Shown piece by piece: positions 12,920 to 24,238 of a DNA stretch of 32,000 nucleotides; within the stretch, counting starts at the first letter, position 1, and every line of letters starts with the position of its first letter. The stretch is from Geobacter metallireducens GS-15 (GTDB lineage: Bacteria; Desulfobacterota; Desulfuromonadia; Geobacterales; Geobacteraceae). The stretch covers positions 660,001 through 692,000 of the forward strand of contig NC_007517.1 in the NCBI RefSeq assembly GCF_000012925.1. The letters are read 5' to 3'. The notes beneath the pieces are model-generated. The model did no database searches, was not told where the DNA came from, and saw only the letters and a program-made list of their open reading frames with translations. The position numbers and the translations under genes were made by a program.

Positions 12920-14008
12920 ATGTCTCAGGTGTTCAAGGTGGCGGTTCTTCCCGGTGACGGCATCGGTCCCGAGGTTATGGCCGAGGCGCTCCGGGTGCTG
13001 GACGCCATAGAGAAGAAGTACGACGTGAAATTCGAGCGGACCCACGCCAATGTCGGGGGCGCCGGTATTGACCTTGAAGGGAAGGCCCTCCCCGAAACTA
13101 CCATTACTATCTGCAAGACGTCCGATGCCATCCTCTTCGGCTCCGTGGGCGGCCCCAAGTGGGAGACGCTTCCCCCGGATGAGCAGCCCGAGCGGGGCGC
13201 GCTCCTTCCCCTCAGAAAGATCTTCGGTCTCTACGCCAACCTGCGGCCGGCCATCATTTTCCCGTCCCTGACGGGCGCTTCTTCCCTCAAGGAGGAGGTC
13301 ATCGCCGGCGGTTTCAACGTGCTGGTTATCCGCGAGCTGACCGGCGGCATCTACTTTGCCCAGCCCAAGGGGATCGAAGGCGAGGGGCGCGACCGGGTCG
13401 GCTTCGACACCATGCGCTACAGTGTCCCCGAGATCGAACGGATCACCCACGTTGCCTTCCAGGCGGCTCGCAAGCGGGGCAAAAAGGTCTGCTCCATCGA
13501 CAAGGCCAACGTTCTCTCCTCGTCGGTCCTCTGGCGCGAGGTGGTCACCGGCATTGCCAAGGAATACCCGGACGTGGAGCTCTCCCACATGTACGTGGAC
13601 AATGCTGCCATGCAGCTGGTCCGCTGGCCCAAGCAGTTCGATGTCATCCTCTGCGAGAACATGTTCGGCGATATCCTCTCCGATGAGGCAGCCATGCTGA
13701 CCGGCTCCCTGGGGATGCTCCCCTCCGCGTCGCTTGCCGAGGGGACCTTCGGCATGTACGAGCCCTCCGGCGGCAGCGCCCCGGACATTGCGGGGCAAGG
13801 GATTGCGAACCCCATCGCCCAGATCCTCTCCATGGGGATGATGCTCCGCTTCTCCTTCGGCATGGTGGACGCGGCCGATGCCATTGACAACGCCGTGGCC
13901 AAGGTGCTCGACCAGGGATGTCGGACCCGTGACATCTTTCAGGAGAAGCCGGGCGAAAAGCTCGTCAACACCAAAGAGATGGGTGACGCGATCATCGTGG
14001 CCCTGTAA
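12920..14008 (+). CDS. leuB: 3-isopropylmalate dehydrogenase
   Basis: The N-terminus [19 protein letters not shown], the LRPA...GGIYF segment and MLPSASL are typical of LeuB. The ATG at 12920 lies inside the listed ORF, which starts at TTG 12902. Confidence 0.93.
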   Translation: MSQVFKVAVLPGDGIGPEVMAEALRVLDAIEKKYDVKFERTHANVGGAGIDLEGKALPETTITICKTSDAILFGSVGGPKWETLPPDEQPERGALLPLRKIFGLYANLRPAIIFPSLTGASSLKEEVIAGGFNVLVIRELTGGIYFAQPKGIEGEGRDRVGFDTMRYSVPEIERITHVAFQAARKRGKKVCSIDKANVLSSSVLWREVVTGIAKEYPDVELSHMYVDNAAMQLVRWPKQFDVILCENMFGDILSDEAAMLTGSLGMLPSASLAEGTFGMYEPSGGSAPDIAGQGIANPIAQILSMGMMLRFSFGMVDAADAIDNAVAKVLDQGCRTRDIFQEKPGEKLVNTKEMGDAIIVAL

Positions 14009-14044
14009 CGGATTTACCTTATTCCCGAAAAAGGAGTTCTGCCC

Positions 14045-15145
14045 ATGAAAGTAGGAATCGTCGGTTGGCGCGGTATGGTCGGTTCGGTTCTCCTCCAGCG
14101 GATGGTGGAGGAGGGGGATTTCAACACCGGCATCGAGCCGGTTTTCTTCAGCACCTCCCAGGCGGGGCAGCCTGCCCCCATGAATGCAGGCACCCTCAAG
14201 AGTGCCGATGACATTGAAGAACTGAAAAAGCTCGACATCATCGTTACCTGCCAGGGTGGCGACTACACCAAGGCCGTCCACCCGGAACTCCGCAAGCAAG
14301 GGTGGCAGGGATACTGGATCGACGCGGCCTCCACCCTCCGGATGGAGCCGAATGCGGTCATCATCCTCGACCCGGTGAACCGCAACGTCATCGACGCGGC
14401 CCTGGCCAAGGGGCAAAAGGATTTCATCGGCGGCAACTGCACCGTGAGCCTCATGCTCATGGCCTTGGGAGGGCTTTTTCGGGCCGGCCTCGTGGAGTGG
14501 CTCACCTCCATGACCTACCAGGCTGCTTCCGGCGCCGGTGCCCCCAACATGCGCGAACTCCTCTCCCAGATGGGAACCCTCCACGGTTCCGTGGCTGACC
14601 TCCTCAAGAATCCCTCGTCGGCCATCCTCGACATCGACCGGGATGTGACCGCCACCCTGCGCGGCGACGCCCTGCCGACGAAAGAGTTCGGCTTCCCCCT
14701 GGCTGGCAGCGTCCTTCCCTGGATCGACCGGGAGGTGGAGGACGGCCAGAGCCGGGAGGAGTGGAAGGGCTTCGCCGAGACCAACAAGATCCTCGGCACA
14801 ACCACCCCGATCCCGGTGGACGGCATCTGCGTCCGCGTCGGCGCCATGCGCTGTCACAGCCAGGCCCTGACCATCAAGCTGAACAAGGACGTCCCCCTGG
14901 GCGATATTGAAGAGCTGATCAAGAACGACAACCAGTGGGTCAAGTTCGTCCCCAACACCAAGGCCGACACCTTGGCCGACCTGACCCCCGCCGCGGTATC
15001 CGGGCTTCTCACAGTCCCTATCGGCCGGGTCCGCAAGATGAAGATGGGCCCCCAGTACATGCAGGCCTTCACCTGCGGCGATCAACTCCTCTGGGGGGCT
15101 GCCGAGCCCCTGCGCCGGATGCTCCGTATCCTCGTGGAGAAATAA
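14045..15145 (+). CDS. asd: Aspartate-semialdehyde dehydrogenase, long enterobacterial-type form (366 aa)
   Basis: [53 protein letters not shown] (catalytic Cys), YQAASGAGA and [19 protein letters not shown] closely track the E. coli Asd sequence as I remember it. Confidence 0.9.
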   Translation: MKVGIVGWRGMVGSVLLQRMVEEGDFNTGIEPVFFSTSQAGQPAPMNAGTLKSADDIEELKKLDIIVTCQGGDYTKAVHPELRKQGWQGYWIDAASTLRMEPNAVIILDPVNRNVIDAALAKGQKDFIGGNCTVSLMLMALGGLFRAGLVEWLTSMTYQAASGAGAPNMRELLSQMGTLHGSVADLLKNPSSAILDIDRDVTATLRGDALPTKEFGFPLAGSVLPWIDREVEDGQSREEWKGFAETNKILGTTTPIPVDGICVRVGAMRCHSQALTIKLNKDVPLGDIEELIKNDNQWVKFVPNTKADTLADLTPAAVSGLLTVPIGRVRKMKMGPQYMQAFTCGDQLLWGAAEPLRRMLRILVEK

Positions 15146-15148
15146 GTA

Positions 15149-16168
15149 ATGGCAAAACTGTGGAACGTGGCCGTCGTCGGCGCCACTGGCGCCGTCGGTG
15201 GCCAGATGATCGAATGCCTCGAAGAGCGCAACTTCCCTGTGGGGAAGATCCGCTACCTGGCCAGTGCCCGGAGCGCCGGCGAGGTGCTGGAGTTCAAGGG
15301 AAAGCCGGTGATGGTGGAAGAGCTGACCCGCGACTCCTTTGAGGGGATCGACATCGCCCTCTTTTCGGCTGGCGGCGACCGTTCCCGGGATTTCTGTCCC
15401 GCGGCGGCAGCTGCCGGCGCCGTTTGTATCGACAACTCCAGTGCCTGGCGGATGGATCCGGACGTGCCGCTGGTGGTTCCCGAGGTGAATCCCCACGCCA
15501 TCGCCGACTACCGGAAGAAGGGTATCATCGCCAACCCCAACTGCTCCACCATCCAGATGGTGGTGGCCCTGAAGCCGCTCCACGACCACGCTGTCATCAG
15601 GCGGATCGTGGTCTCCACCTACCAGGCTGTTTCCGGCACCGGCAAGAAAGCTATTGAAGAGCTACAGAAACAGGTGGTCACCCTTTTTCAGGGGAAGTCG
15701 CCGGAAGTGGCGACCTACCCCCACCAGATCGCCTTCAACTGCCTTCCTCAGATCGATTCCTTCGGTGACAACGGTTATACCAAGGAAGAGATGAAGATGG
15801 TGCACGAAACCCGGAAGATTCTTGAGGCGAACATCGGGGTAACCGCCACTGCAGTTCGAGTGCCGGTCTTCTACGGCCACTCCGAGTCAGTGAATATCGA
15901 AACCGAGAACAAGCTGACCGTGGCCACGGCCCGCGAACTTCTGGCAAAGGCGCCCGGGGTGGAGCTGGTGGACGATCCGGCCACGTCATCCTATCCCATG
16001 GCCATCGACGCTGCCGGCCAGGACCTGACCCTCGTGGGGCGAATCCGTGAGGACGAGTCCATCGCCAACGGCCTCAACCTCTGGGTGGTGGCGGACAATA
16101 TCCGCAAGGGTGCGGCCACGAATGCCGTCCAAATCGCCGAGATTCTGATCGAAAAGTATCTCAGGTAG
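15149..16168 (+). CDS. asd: Aspartate-semialdehyde dehydrogenase, short Bacillus-type form (339 aa); second asd in tandem
   Basis: VAVVGATGAVGGQMIECLEERNFP, ALFSAGG, PLVVPEVNP, IIANPNCSTIQMVVALKPLH (catalytic Cys retained) and YQAVSGTG. It starts 3 nt after the stop of the first asd. Confidence 0.88.
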   Translation: MAKLWNVAVVGATGAVGGQMIECLEERNFPVGKIRYLASARSAGEVLEFKGKPVMVEELTRDSFEGIDIALFSAGGDRSRDFCPAAAAAGAVCIDNSSAWRMDPDVPLVVPEVNPHAIADYRKKGIIANPNCSTIQMVVALKPLHDHAVIRRIVVSTYQAVSGTGKKAIEELQKQVVTLFQGKSPEVATYPHQIAFNCLPQIDSFGDNGYTKEEMKMVHETRKILEANIGVTATAVRVPVFYGHSESVNIETENKLTVATARELLAKAPGVELVDDPATSSYPMAIDAAGQDLTLVGRIREDESIANGLNLWVVADNIRKGAATNAVQIAEILIEKYLR

Positions 16169-16251
16169 GGCCTGTTCGTATATCCCCCAGCCGGGACGCA
16201 TGGCAACATGTCACCATGAGCGGGACGCCCTCCAGGGCGTCCTTGATTTTT

Positions 16252-16986
16252 ATGCATACCATTAAACTTGTTCTCGAGTACGACGGCACAAACTACGCGG
16301 GCTGGCAGATTCAGCCCAACGGCATCTCTGTCCAGCAGGTGGTCGAAGAGGCGTTGGCGAGGCTGCTGAAGGAACCGGTTCGCGTGCATTCCTCTGGCCG
16401 CACCGATGCCGGTGTCCACGCCCGGGGCATGGTTGCCGCCTTCACCACTGCCAAAGGGCTGCCGATGCGGGCCTTCTCCGATGGGCTCAATGCGCTTCTT
16501 CCTCCCGATATCGCTGTGATGGAAGCGCTGGAGGCTCCGGACGGCTTTAATCCGCGCTTTGACGCCGCAGGCAAGCACTACCGCTATACCATACACCGGG
16601 GGGAGCGCCGTTCTCCCCTTTGCCGCCACTATGTCTGGCACGCGAGGGAGACGCTCGATCTGGCAGCCATGGAAAAGGGGGCCAGCCATATGGTCGGTGA
16701 GCATGATTTCGCCTCTTTTCGCACAGCAGGTTGTGCCGCGCGGACCACAGTCCGACGGATAGATGCCGTGGACCTGGCACTGGAAGGGGATCTCCTCCAT
16801 ATTGACGTAAAGGGTTCCGGATTCCTGCGCAACATGGTCCGGATCATGGTTGGCACCCTGGTGGAGGTTGGCCGGGGGAGGCGGAGTGCCGATGACGTGG
16901 CGCTTCTGTTTCGGTATCCTGGAGAACGTTTTGCCGGCCCGACAGCCCCCCCTCAGGGGCTGTGCCTCATGGAAGTCTATTATTGA
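16252..16986 (+). CDS. truA: tRNA pseudouridine(38-40) synthase
   Basis: IKLVLEYDGTNYAGWQIQPNG, SSGRTDAGVHARG (catalytic Asp) and GSGFLRNMVRIMVGTL. The ATG at 16252 is preferred over the listed 16216. Confidence 0.92.
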   Translation: MHTIKLVLEYDGTNYAGWQIQPNGISVQQVVEEALARLLKEPVRVHSSGRTDAGVHARGMVAAFTTAKGLPMRAFSDGLNALLPPDIAVMEALEAPDGFNPRFDAAGKHYRYTIHRGERRSPLCRHYVWHARETLDLAAMEKGASHMVGEHDFASFRTAGCAARTTVRRIDAVDLALEGDLLHIDVKGSGFLRNMVRIMVGTLVEVGRGRRSADDVALLFRYPGERFAGPTAPPQGLCLMEVYY

Positions 16987-17000
16987 CATATATTTTAGGG

Positions 17001-17029
17001 TTGACAGCTGCTGATAGCCATAGTATTAT
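17001..17029 (+). promoter_or_regulatory. Strong sigma70-type promoter for rplM-rpsI
   Basis: TTGACA (17001-17006), a 17-nt spacer, then TATTAT (17024-17029). A second TTGACA at 16983-16988 overlaps the truA stop. Confidence 0.6.
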
Positions 17030-17087
17030 CCGTCCTTCGCTGAGAAAAGTGTTTTACTCTTTATTCCATCCAGTTTGAGAGGGTTCG

Positions 17088-17519
17088 ATGAAGACGACGA
17101 AGGTTGCAAAGAAAGAAGAAGTAACCAGGGACTGGTTCCTGGTCGATGCTGATAACAAGGTGCTCGGTCGCATGGCCACCGAGATCGCCAATATCCTCCG
17201 CGGCAAGAAAAAGCCGATCTACACCCCGAGTGTTGACACTGGTGATTTTGTCGTTGTGGTCAATGCTGAGAAGATTCAGCTCACCGGCAACAAGCTCGCC
17301 GACAAGATGTACTATAGCCACTCCGGATTTCCGGGGGGCATCAAGTCCATCGCCGCAGGCAAGCTCATCGAGAAAAAGCCTGAAGACCTTATCCGCAAGG
17401 CTGTAAAGGGGATGCTTCCGAAGAACAAGCTTGCCCGTCACATGCTCAAGAAGCTCAAGGTCTACGCCGGTCCCGCGCATCCGCACGAGGCCCAGCAGCC
17501 CAAGACTCTCGAAATCTAA
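17088..17519 (+). CDS. rplM: 50S ribosomal protein L13
   Basis: [32 protein letters not shown]...[14 protein letters not shown]. Confidence 0.95.
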
Positions 17520-17554
17520 TCGGTTCAGAGAATATACGGATCAGGAGATAACGA

Positions 17555-17947
17555 ATGGCAGCAATCAGCTACTACGGTACGGGTAAGCGGAAATCGTCGG
17601 TCGCCAGGGTCTGGCTGAAGCCGGGGACCGGGAACATTGTCATCAACAACAAGTCCATCGACGACTACTTCGGGCGCGAGACTTCCAAGATGGTCGTCAA
17701 ACAGCCTTTGGAACTGGTTGAGAAAGTGGGCAACTTCGACATCTATGTGAACGTCCGCGGCGGCGGCGACTCTGGTCAGGCCGGCGCCATCAAGCATGGC
17801 ATTACGAAAGCTCTTCTCGAAGTGGACGTCGCCCTCCGCGGCACCCTCAAGAAGGCTGGTTTCATCACCCGTGACTCCCGCATCAAGGAGCGGAAGAAGT
17901 ACGGTAAGCGCGCCGCCCGGAGAAGCTGCCAGTTCTCCAAGCGCTAA
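17555..17947 (+). CDS. rpsI: 30S ribosomal protein S9
   Basis: [13 protein letters not shown]..., [19 protein letters not shown] and the C-terminus [17 protein letters not shown]. Confidence 0.95.
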   Translation: MAAISYYGTGKRKSSVARVWLKPGTGNIVINNKSIDDYFGRETSKMVVKQPLELVEKVGNFDIYVNVRGGGDSGQAGAIKHGITKALLEVDVALRGTLKKAGFITRDSRIKERKKYGKRAARRSCQFSKR

Positions 17948-17976
17948 GCGCATCATCTGCAGCCACGGCTGTTCAA

Positions 17977-18006
17977 GGGGAAAATCCATTCGGGTTTTCC
18001 CCTTTT
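17977..18006 (+). terminator. Intrinsic terminator after rpsI
   Basis: GGGGAAAA-tccattcggg-TTTTCCCC followed by TTTT. Confidence 0.7.
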
Positions 18007-18075
18007 GCTTTGCCAGAGTTTGCCCTATACTTTTGATACTTCGTGTCAGCCACCTTTTTTCTCAGGAGTTTGCCT

Positions 18076-19116
18076 ATGCTGAATGTTGCCGTCGTCGGAG
18101 CGAGCGGATACACCGGAGTCGAGCTGCTCAGGCTGCTTTACTGCCATCCCGAGGTGGCTGTCACCTGTATTACCTCTGAACAGAGCGCCGGCCGGCCCGT
18201 CGCCGCTGTCTTCCCGACGTTGCGCAGCCGCTACACACAGGTGCTTGAGAATCTGGAACCGGTCAAGGTGGCCCAGAAGGCCGACCTTATCTTTACGGCC
18301 CTTCCCCACAAGGCGGCTATGGAAGTGGTTCCCACGTTTCTGGAGCTGGGGAAGAGGGTGGTTGACCTCTCCGCCGACTATCGCTTCAATGATCCAGCCG
18401 TTTATGAGAAGTGGTACGAACCCCACATGAACCCCGAGAACCTGAAGGAGGCGGTCTACGGCCTTCCAGAGATCCGGCGGGAGAAGATCGGTGATGCCTG
18501 GCTCGTGGGTAACCCCGGCTGCTACCCCACGAGCGTCATTCTGGGGCTCATGCCGCTCCTGAAAAAGCGCCTTATCGACCCGTCGACCATTATTGCCGAC
18601 TCCAAGTCTGGGGTTTCGGGTGCAGGCCGGGGCGCCAAGGTAGAGAACCTTTACTGCGAAGTGAATGACGGGTTCAAGGCATACGGGGTGGGTGGAGTGC
18701 ACCGGCATATCCCCGAAATCGAGCAGGAGTTGTCGCTTCTGGCTGGTGGGCCGATCACCATCACCTTCACTCCCCACCTGGTTCCCATGGACCGGGGAAT
18801 CCTCTCCACCATCTACGCGCGGCTTACAGGCACTGACTCCGTCGCCGAACTGGTGAAGCTCTATGCTGAATTCTACGAAGGGGAGCCCTTTGTCCGTGTG
18901 CTTCCCGCCGGAAACGTCCCATCCACTGCTCACGTGCGTGGCTCCAATTTCTGCGACATCGGGTTGGCTGTGGACAGTCGCACTGGGCGGGTCATCGTGG
19001 TTTCCGCCATCGATAACCTCGTGAAAGGTGCCGCCGGCCAAGCCGTGCAGAACATGAACATTATGTACGGCTTCCCTGAGACGATGGGGCTGGAAGGGCT
19101 CCCCCTTTTTCCCTGA
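18076..19116 (+). CDS. argC: N-acetyl-gamma-glutamyl-phosphate reductase
   Basis: [30 protein letters not shown] (catalytic Cys) and [19 protein letters not shown]. The ATG at 18076 has RBS CAGGAG; the listed ORF starts at 18043. Confidence 0.92.
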   Translation: MLNVAVVGASGYTGVELLRLLYCHPEVAVTCITSEQSAGRPVAAVFPTLRSRYTQVLENLEPVKVAQKADLIFTALPHKAAMEVVPTFLELGKRVVDLSADYRFNDPAVYEKWYEPHMNPENLKEAVYGLPEIRREKIGDAWLVGNPGCYPTSVILGLMPLLKKRLIDPSTIIADSKSGVSGAGRGAKVENLYCEVNDGFKAYGVGGVHRHIPEIEQELSLLAGGPITITFTPHLVPMDRGILSTIYARLTGTDSVAELVKLYAEFYEGEPFVRVLPAGNVPSTAHVRGSNFCDIGLAVDSRTGRVIVVSAIDNLVKGAAGQAVQNMNIMYGFPETMGLEGLPLFP

Positions 19117-19125
19117 CGGGTATCT

Positions 19126-20937
19126 ATGCCGTTTCTTCCAACCACAAGAGCCGAGGCGTTAAAACGGGGATGGCACGAACTTGACGTCGTTTTTGTTACC
19201 GGTGACGCCTATATCGACCACCCGGCCTTTGGTGTTCCGCTTCTGGCCCGATGGCTTGAATCCCACGGCTTCAGGGTCGGGATCATTCCCCAACCCGATT
19301 GGCGCTCCCGGGAGCCCTTCATGGCTCTTGGGCGTCCCCGTCTTTTCTTTGCCGTCTCTGCCGGCGCCATGGATTCAATGGTTGCCCACTATACCCCCCT
19401 CAAGAAACTACGCCACGACGACGCCTATACCCCCGGCGGCCGCCATGGCGCCCGCCCCAATCGGGCCACCATTGTCTATACCTCCCGACTCAAGGAAGCA
19501 TTCAAGGACGTACCGGTGGTTGTCGGCGGCATTGAAGCATCGCTTCGTCGTTTCGCCCACTACGACTATTGGGAAGACAAGGTCCGTCGCTCCATTCTCT
19601 TTGACGCCAAGGCGGACCTCCTCGTATTCGGTATGGGGGAGCGACCTATCCTGGAGTTGGCCGAGCGGCTGAGCGGCGGAGAACCCCTCGCGCAGCTTAC
19701 CGACATTCCGGGGACGGCGTATGCGGCCCGGGGAGACGTGCCTTCCGGCGCGATAGTGCTTCCCGCCTGCGAGGAGGTGATGGCTGATCCCCGTCGCTAT
19801 GCCGAAGCTTTCAGGCTCGTCACGCATGAAATGAATCCCGGTAGCGGCAAGGCCCTTGCTCAGCGCCACGGCGAGCGCCTGCTCGTTTGTAATCCCCCTT
19901 CCGTTCCACTCTCTGAAGCGGAGATAGATGCTGTCTATGCACTTCCGTTCGCCCGGACGCCCCATCCGTCATACAAAGAGCCAATACCAGCCTATGACCA
20001 GATCAAGTCATCCATCACCACGCATCGCGGCTGCTTCGGCGGGTGCGCCTTCTGCGCCATAACCCACCACCAGGGGAAGTTTATCCAGTCGCGAAGCGAG
20101 CACTCAGTTACGGAGGAAGTCGGGCGAATGGTGAAGATGCCTTGGTTTCGCGGGAGTGTCAGCGACGTGGGCGGGCCGACAGCCAACATGTATGGCCTGC
20201 GCTGTGGCAGTCCTGATGCAGGGAAGAACTGCCGCCGCGAAAGCTGCCTCTTCCCATCGGTCTGTCGACATCTTGTCACCCACGACCGACGGGCGGCTAC
20301 CCTCCTCAGGCGGGTGAGAGCGATTCCGGGAGTGAGGCACGTGGCGGTGTCGTCGGGCATCCGCTACGACCTCCTGGAGCGACAACCGGGGTACTTTGGC
20401 GAGCTGTTGGCCCACCATGTGGGCGGACTCCTCAAGGTCGCTCCGGAGCATACGGTGGATGTGGTCACCGATCTGATGCGTAAACCGGGGAAGGAGGCGT
20501 TCGAGCGCTTTCTTGCCCGCTTCAGGGACGAAAGCATGCGCCTGGGGCGAAAACAGTACGTGATTCCCTACCTGATGTCGGGGCATCCAGGTTGTACTCT
20601 TGATCACATGGTGGAGCTGGCCCTGTTTCTCAAGCGCCACAACATGCGGGTGGACCAGGTGCAGGACTTCACACCTACCCCTGGAACCCTTGCCACCTGC
20701 ATGTACCATACGGGTATCGATCCCTTCTCCGGGCGGAACGTCTATGTGGCGCGAAGCGACCGGGAGAAACGGCTTCAGAAGGCGCTGCTTCTGTGGCATC
20801 AGCCCGAAGAGCGGCGCAACGTTCTTGAAGCACTTCGGGCCTGTGGCCGCGAGAAGGAGGCTGCCGAACTCCTTGGGGGATTCCGGCAGAGGGAAAAAAG
20901 CCGCAGCGCGCCGAGAGGTGGCAAGCGCCGCCCTTGA
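19126..20937 (+). CDS. ygiQ: YgiQ-family (UPF0313) radical SAM protein
   Basis: The N-terminus MPFLPTT...[31 protein letters not shown] is typical of YgiQ. The cluster motif is [13 protein letters not shown]. The tail is basic. Confidence 0.85.
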   Translation: MPFLPTTRAEALKRGWHELDVVFVTGDAYIDHPAFGVPLLARWLESHGFRVGIIPQPDWRSREPFMALGRPRLFFAVSAGAMDSMVAHYTPLKKLRHDDAYTPGGRHGARPNRATIVYTSRLKEAFKDVPVVVGGIEASLRRFAHYDYWEDKVRRSILFDAKADLLVFGMGERPILELAERLSGGEPLAQLTDIPGTAYAARGDVPSGAIVLPACEEVMADPRRYAEAFRLVTHEMNPGSGKALAQRHGERLLVCNPPSVPLSEAEIDAVYALPFARTPHPSYKEPIPAYDQIKSSITTHRGCFGGCAFCAITHHQGKFIQSRSEHSVTEEVGRMVKMPWFRGSVSDVGGPTANMYGLRCGSPDAGKNCRRESCLFPSVCRHLVTHDRRAATLLRRVRAIPGVRHVAVSSGIRYDLLERQPGYFGELLAHHVGGLLKVAPEHTVDVVTDLMRKPGKEAFERFLARFRDESMRLGRKQYVIPYLMSGHPGCTLDHMVELALFLKRHNMRVDQVQDFTPTPGTLATCMYHTGIDPFSGRNVYVARSDREKRLQKALLLWHQPEERRNVLEALRACGREKEAAELLGGFRQREKSRSAPRGGKRRP

Positions 20938-21010
20938 CTCCGGACACGGATGCGATTTAATTAATTTAGTCCTATACAAGGGGCGTGCTGCCCCCATGGA
21001 GGAGGGCGCC

Positions 21011-21820
21011 ATGCTTGTCGTATGCTGTATCAAGCAAGTCCCGACACGACGCAGGTTCAGATTGATCCAGTTACCAACACGCTGGTGCGTGAAGGGATTC
21101 CATTCATAGTAAATCCCTATGACACCCATGCCCTGGAAGAGAGCCTTTGTCTCAGGGACCGTTATGGCCTGCGGGTTGCGGTCATAGCCATGGGGCCCCC
21201 AATGCCGAGGCCACCATTCGCAAGGCGATAGCCCTCGGGATCGACGAGGCAATTATCCTCTCCGACCGGTCGTTTGGTGGGGCTGACACCCTCGCGACCA
21301 GTAATGTCCTCTCTTCTGCCATCAGCTGTCTGGGTGAAAAGGACGAGGTCGTCCTCGTGATATGCGGAAAGCAGACCATTGACGGCGATACCGCGCAGGT
21401 AGGGCCGGGGATCGCTACCCGGCTCGGGTTTGCCCAGTTGACACTGGTCGATCGGCTTGAGGAGCTTGATCTCGGCGCCCGTAAATCAGGGTGCGGCGAA
21501 AGCTTGAGGGGCGCTACGAAATGGTGGAGGCACGACTGCCAGCCATGTTGACGGTTGTTCGGGAAATCAACCGCCCGCGATATCCTGCCGTTCCGATGCG
21601 CATAGAGGCTGCTGATTCGCCGGTGACTATGTGGAACAACGAGGTGCTCAGACTTGATCCAGCAACCGTTGGACTTAAGGGGCCTCCGACGTGGGTTAGT
21701 CGTATATTTCCCCCGGAGCGCGCCAAGGGGCAAATTATTGGAGACGGTGAAGCCGATCCGGCGGGAACGGCGCGCCTGATGGTGGAAACCCTGCAGAACA
21801 ATGACTTGCTTCCCTTCTAG
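21011..21820 (+). pseudogene. etfB: Electron transfer flavoprotein beta-subunit (EtfB-like) gene disrupted by three -1 frameshifts; no etfA partner follows
   Basis: An EtfB-like reading is split over four frames. The pieces are MLVVCCIKQVP | DTTQVQIDPVTNTLVREGIPFIVNPYDTHALEESL...VIAMGPP | NAEATIRKAIALGIDEAIILSDRSFGGADTLATS...CGKQTIDGDTAQVGP...ARK | IRVRRKLEGRYEMVEARLPAMLTVVREINRPRYP...VGLKGPPT. The breaks are at C-run 21040-21042, C-run 21196-21200 and A-run 21483-21485. Confidence 0.75.
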
Positions 21821-21871
21821 GAAAACGACGTTGGTATCTGGTGTGAAAGTAGGGCGGTTGGATTATTTAAC

Positions 21872-21900
21872 TTGACATGCATTATTCAGTGGTTTATATA
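21872..21900 (+). promoter_or_regulatory. tRNA-tuf operon promoter P1 (sigma70)
   Basis: TTGACA (21872-21877), a 17-nt spacer, then TATATA (21895-21900). An A/T-rich UP-like stretch (GATTATTTAA) lies upstream. Confidence 0.6.
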
Positions 21901-21925
21901 GAGTGTCTTCTTTGTGCTAAAAAGC

Positions 21926-21954
21926 TTGACCGTGAAATAAAAAGCAGGTATAGA
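21926..21954 (+). promoter_or_regulatory. tRNA-tuf operon promoter P2 (sigma70)
   Basis: TTGACC (21926-21931), a 17-nt spacer, then TATAGA (21949-21954). It ends about 10 nt before the first tRNA. Confidence 0.55.
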
Positions 21955-21963
21955 TTTTTTCGC

Positions 21964-22039
21964 GCTGGCGTAGCTCAACTGGTAGAGCAGCTGACTTGTA
22001 ATCAGCAGGTTGCGGGTTCAAGTCCTGTCGCCAGCTCCA
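21964..22039 (+). tRNA. tRNA-Thr (anticodon UGU)
   Basis: The cloverleaf folds by hand. The acceptor stem is GCTGGCG/CGCCAGC, the anticodon loop is CTTGTAA, the T-loop is TTCAAGT, and CCA is encoded. Confidence 0.9.
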
Positions 22040-22061
22040 TTTGAAACTCGCATCTCCGTCT

Positions 22062-22147
22062 GGAGGGATTCCCGAGCGGCCAAAGGGAACAGACTGTAAA
22101 TCTGTCGTCGTACGACTTCGGAGGTTCGAATCCTCCTCCCTCCACCA
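22062..22147 (+). tRNA. tRNA-Tyr (anticodon GUA), long variable arm
   Basis: The acceptor stem is GGAGGGA/TCCCTCC, the anticodon stem is ACAGA/TCTGT with loop CTGTAAA, the T-loop is TTCGAAT, and CCA is encoded. Confidence 0.9.
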
Positions 22148-22255
22148 TACAATCTTCAGAAGTCTTGTGACGTAGGCGTGCCCCAGGAGGTTGAGAAGCC
22201 GTTGGTACTGGGAGCGGTGGCGCTGCGGGGCTTCAAAAAGCTTCAGAGCGGTTCG

Positions 22256-22332
22256 GCGGGAATAGCTCAGTTGGCTAGAGCGTCAGCCTTCCAAGCTGAG
22301 GGTCGCGGGTTCGAGTCCCGTTTCCCGCTCCA
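22256..22332 (+). tRNA. tRNA-Gly (anticodon UCC)
   Basis: The acceptor stem is GCGGGAA/TTCCCGC, the anticodon loop is CTTCCAA, the T-loop is TTCGAGT, and CCA is encoded. Confidence 0.9.
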
Positions 22333-22345
22333 TACTTTGCATCAT

Positions 22346-22421
<76 letters not shown>

Positions 22422-22480
22422 TTTTTTTCGTTTTTAGCGAGAAGCAATTCTCAAAATAGATTGTCCGGGAGGAATCCTAC

Positions 22481-23671
<1,191 letters not shown>

Positions 23672-23688
23672 TTGTTGCTGGAAATTTC

Positions 23689-23712
23689 GCGAGCAGGCCT
23701 AGGCCTGCTCGC
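23689..23712 (+). terminator. Perfect 24-nt palindromic hairpin after tuf (terminator or attenuator)
   Basis: GCGAGCAGGCCTAGGCCTGCTCGC followed by the T-rich sequence ATTCTTTA. Confidence 0.55.
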
Positions 23713-23738
23713 ATTCTTTACTATGAAGGGTTAAGCCA

Positions 23739-23888
23739 ATGAGAGACATTATTACTCTTGCTTGCGCCGAGTGCAAGCAGAGGAACTATACGACCACTAA
23801 GAATAAGAAGACTACTCCGCAGAAGCTCGAGTTCAAAAAGTATTGTCGCTTCTGTCGTACTCATACCGTCCACAAGGAAACCAAGTAA
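23739..23888 (+). CDS. rpmG: 50S ribosomal protein L33 (49 aa; too short for the ORF track)
   Basis: Hand translation gives [49 protein letters not shown]. The CxxC...CxxC zinc-ribbon pattern and the position between tuf and secE are typical. Confidence 0.9.
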   Translation: MRDIITLACAECKQRNYTTTKNKKTTPQKLEFKKYCRFCRTHTVHKETK

Positions 23889-23934
23889 CCACGGTCACAG
23901 GTTTGGGGTTGCGATCTGCAGCCCCAGCGGACGC

Positions 23935-24011
23935 AGGCCAGTAGCTCTAACGGCTAGAGCGCCGGTCTCCAAAACCGGATGTTGGGGGTTCGAATCCCTC
24001 CTGGCCTGCCA
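23935..24011 (+). tRNA. tRNA-Trp (anticodon CCA)
   Basis: The acceptor stem is AGGCCAG/CTGGCCT, the anticodon stem is CCGGT/ACCGG with loop CTCCAAA, the T-loop is TTCGAAT, and CCA is encoded. Confidence 0.9.
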
Positions 24012-24037
24012 TTTTTTATCCATCCCGGGGTTCTCAC

Positions 24038-24223
24038 GTGATCGCAAAAGCCAAAGATTTTCTCACTGAAGTGAAGGCCGAGTTGGGCAAGGTGACTTGG
24101 CCTACCCGCAAAGAGACCATCTCAACGACGTGGGTCGTGGTGGCTATCGTTGTCATAATCTCCATTTATCTCGGGGCGTGTGACGTGATTCTGGCGAAGC
24201 TGATGCGCCTTATCCTTGGCTAA
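24038..24223 (+). CDS. secE: Preprotein translocase subunit SecE
   Basis: 61 aa with a GTG start. It has the KVTWPTRKE motif followed by a single TM helix, and sits in the canonical position before nusG. Confidence 0.9.
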   Translation: MIAKAKDFLTEVKAELGKVTWPTRKETISTTWVVVAIVVIISIYLGACDVILAKLMRLILG

Positions 24224-24238
24224 AGGACGCAAACTACT

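Noticed and set aside
20938-21963. Possibility that the etfB remnant next to a tRNA cluster marks a genomic island or integration site
   Set aside because: The window contains no integrase or transposase, and I saw no tRNA-derived direct repeat. The flanking genes (ygiQ, tRNA-tuf) are core and co-oriented.
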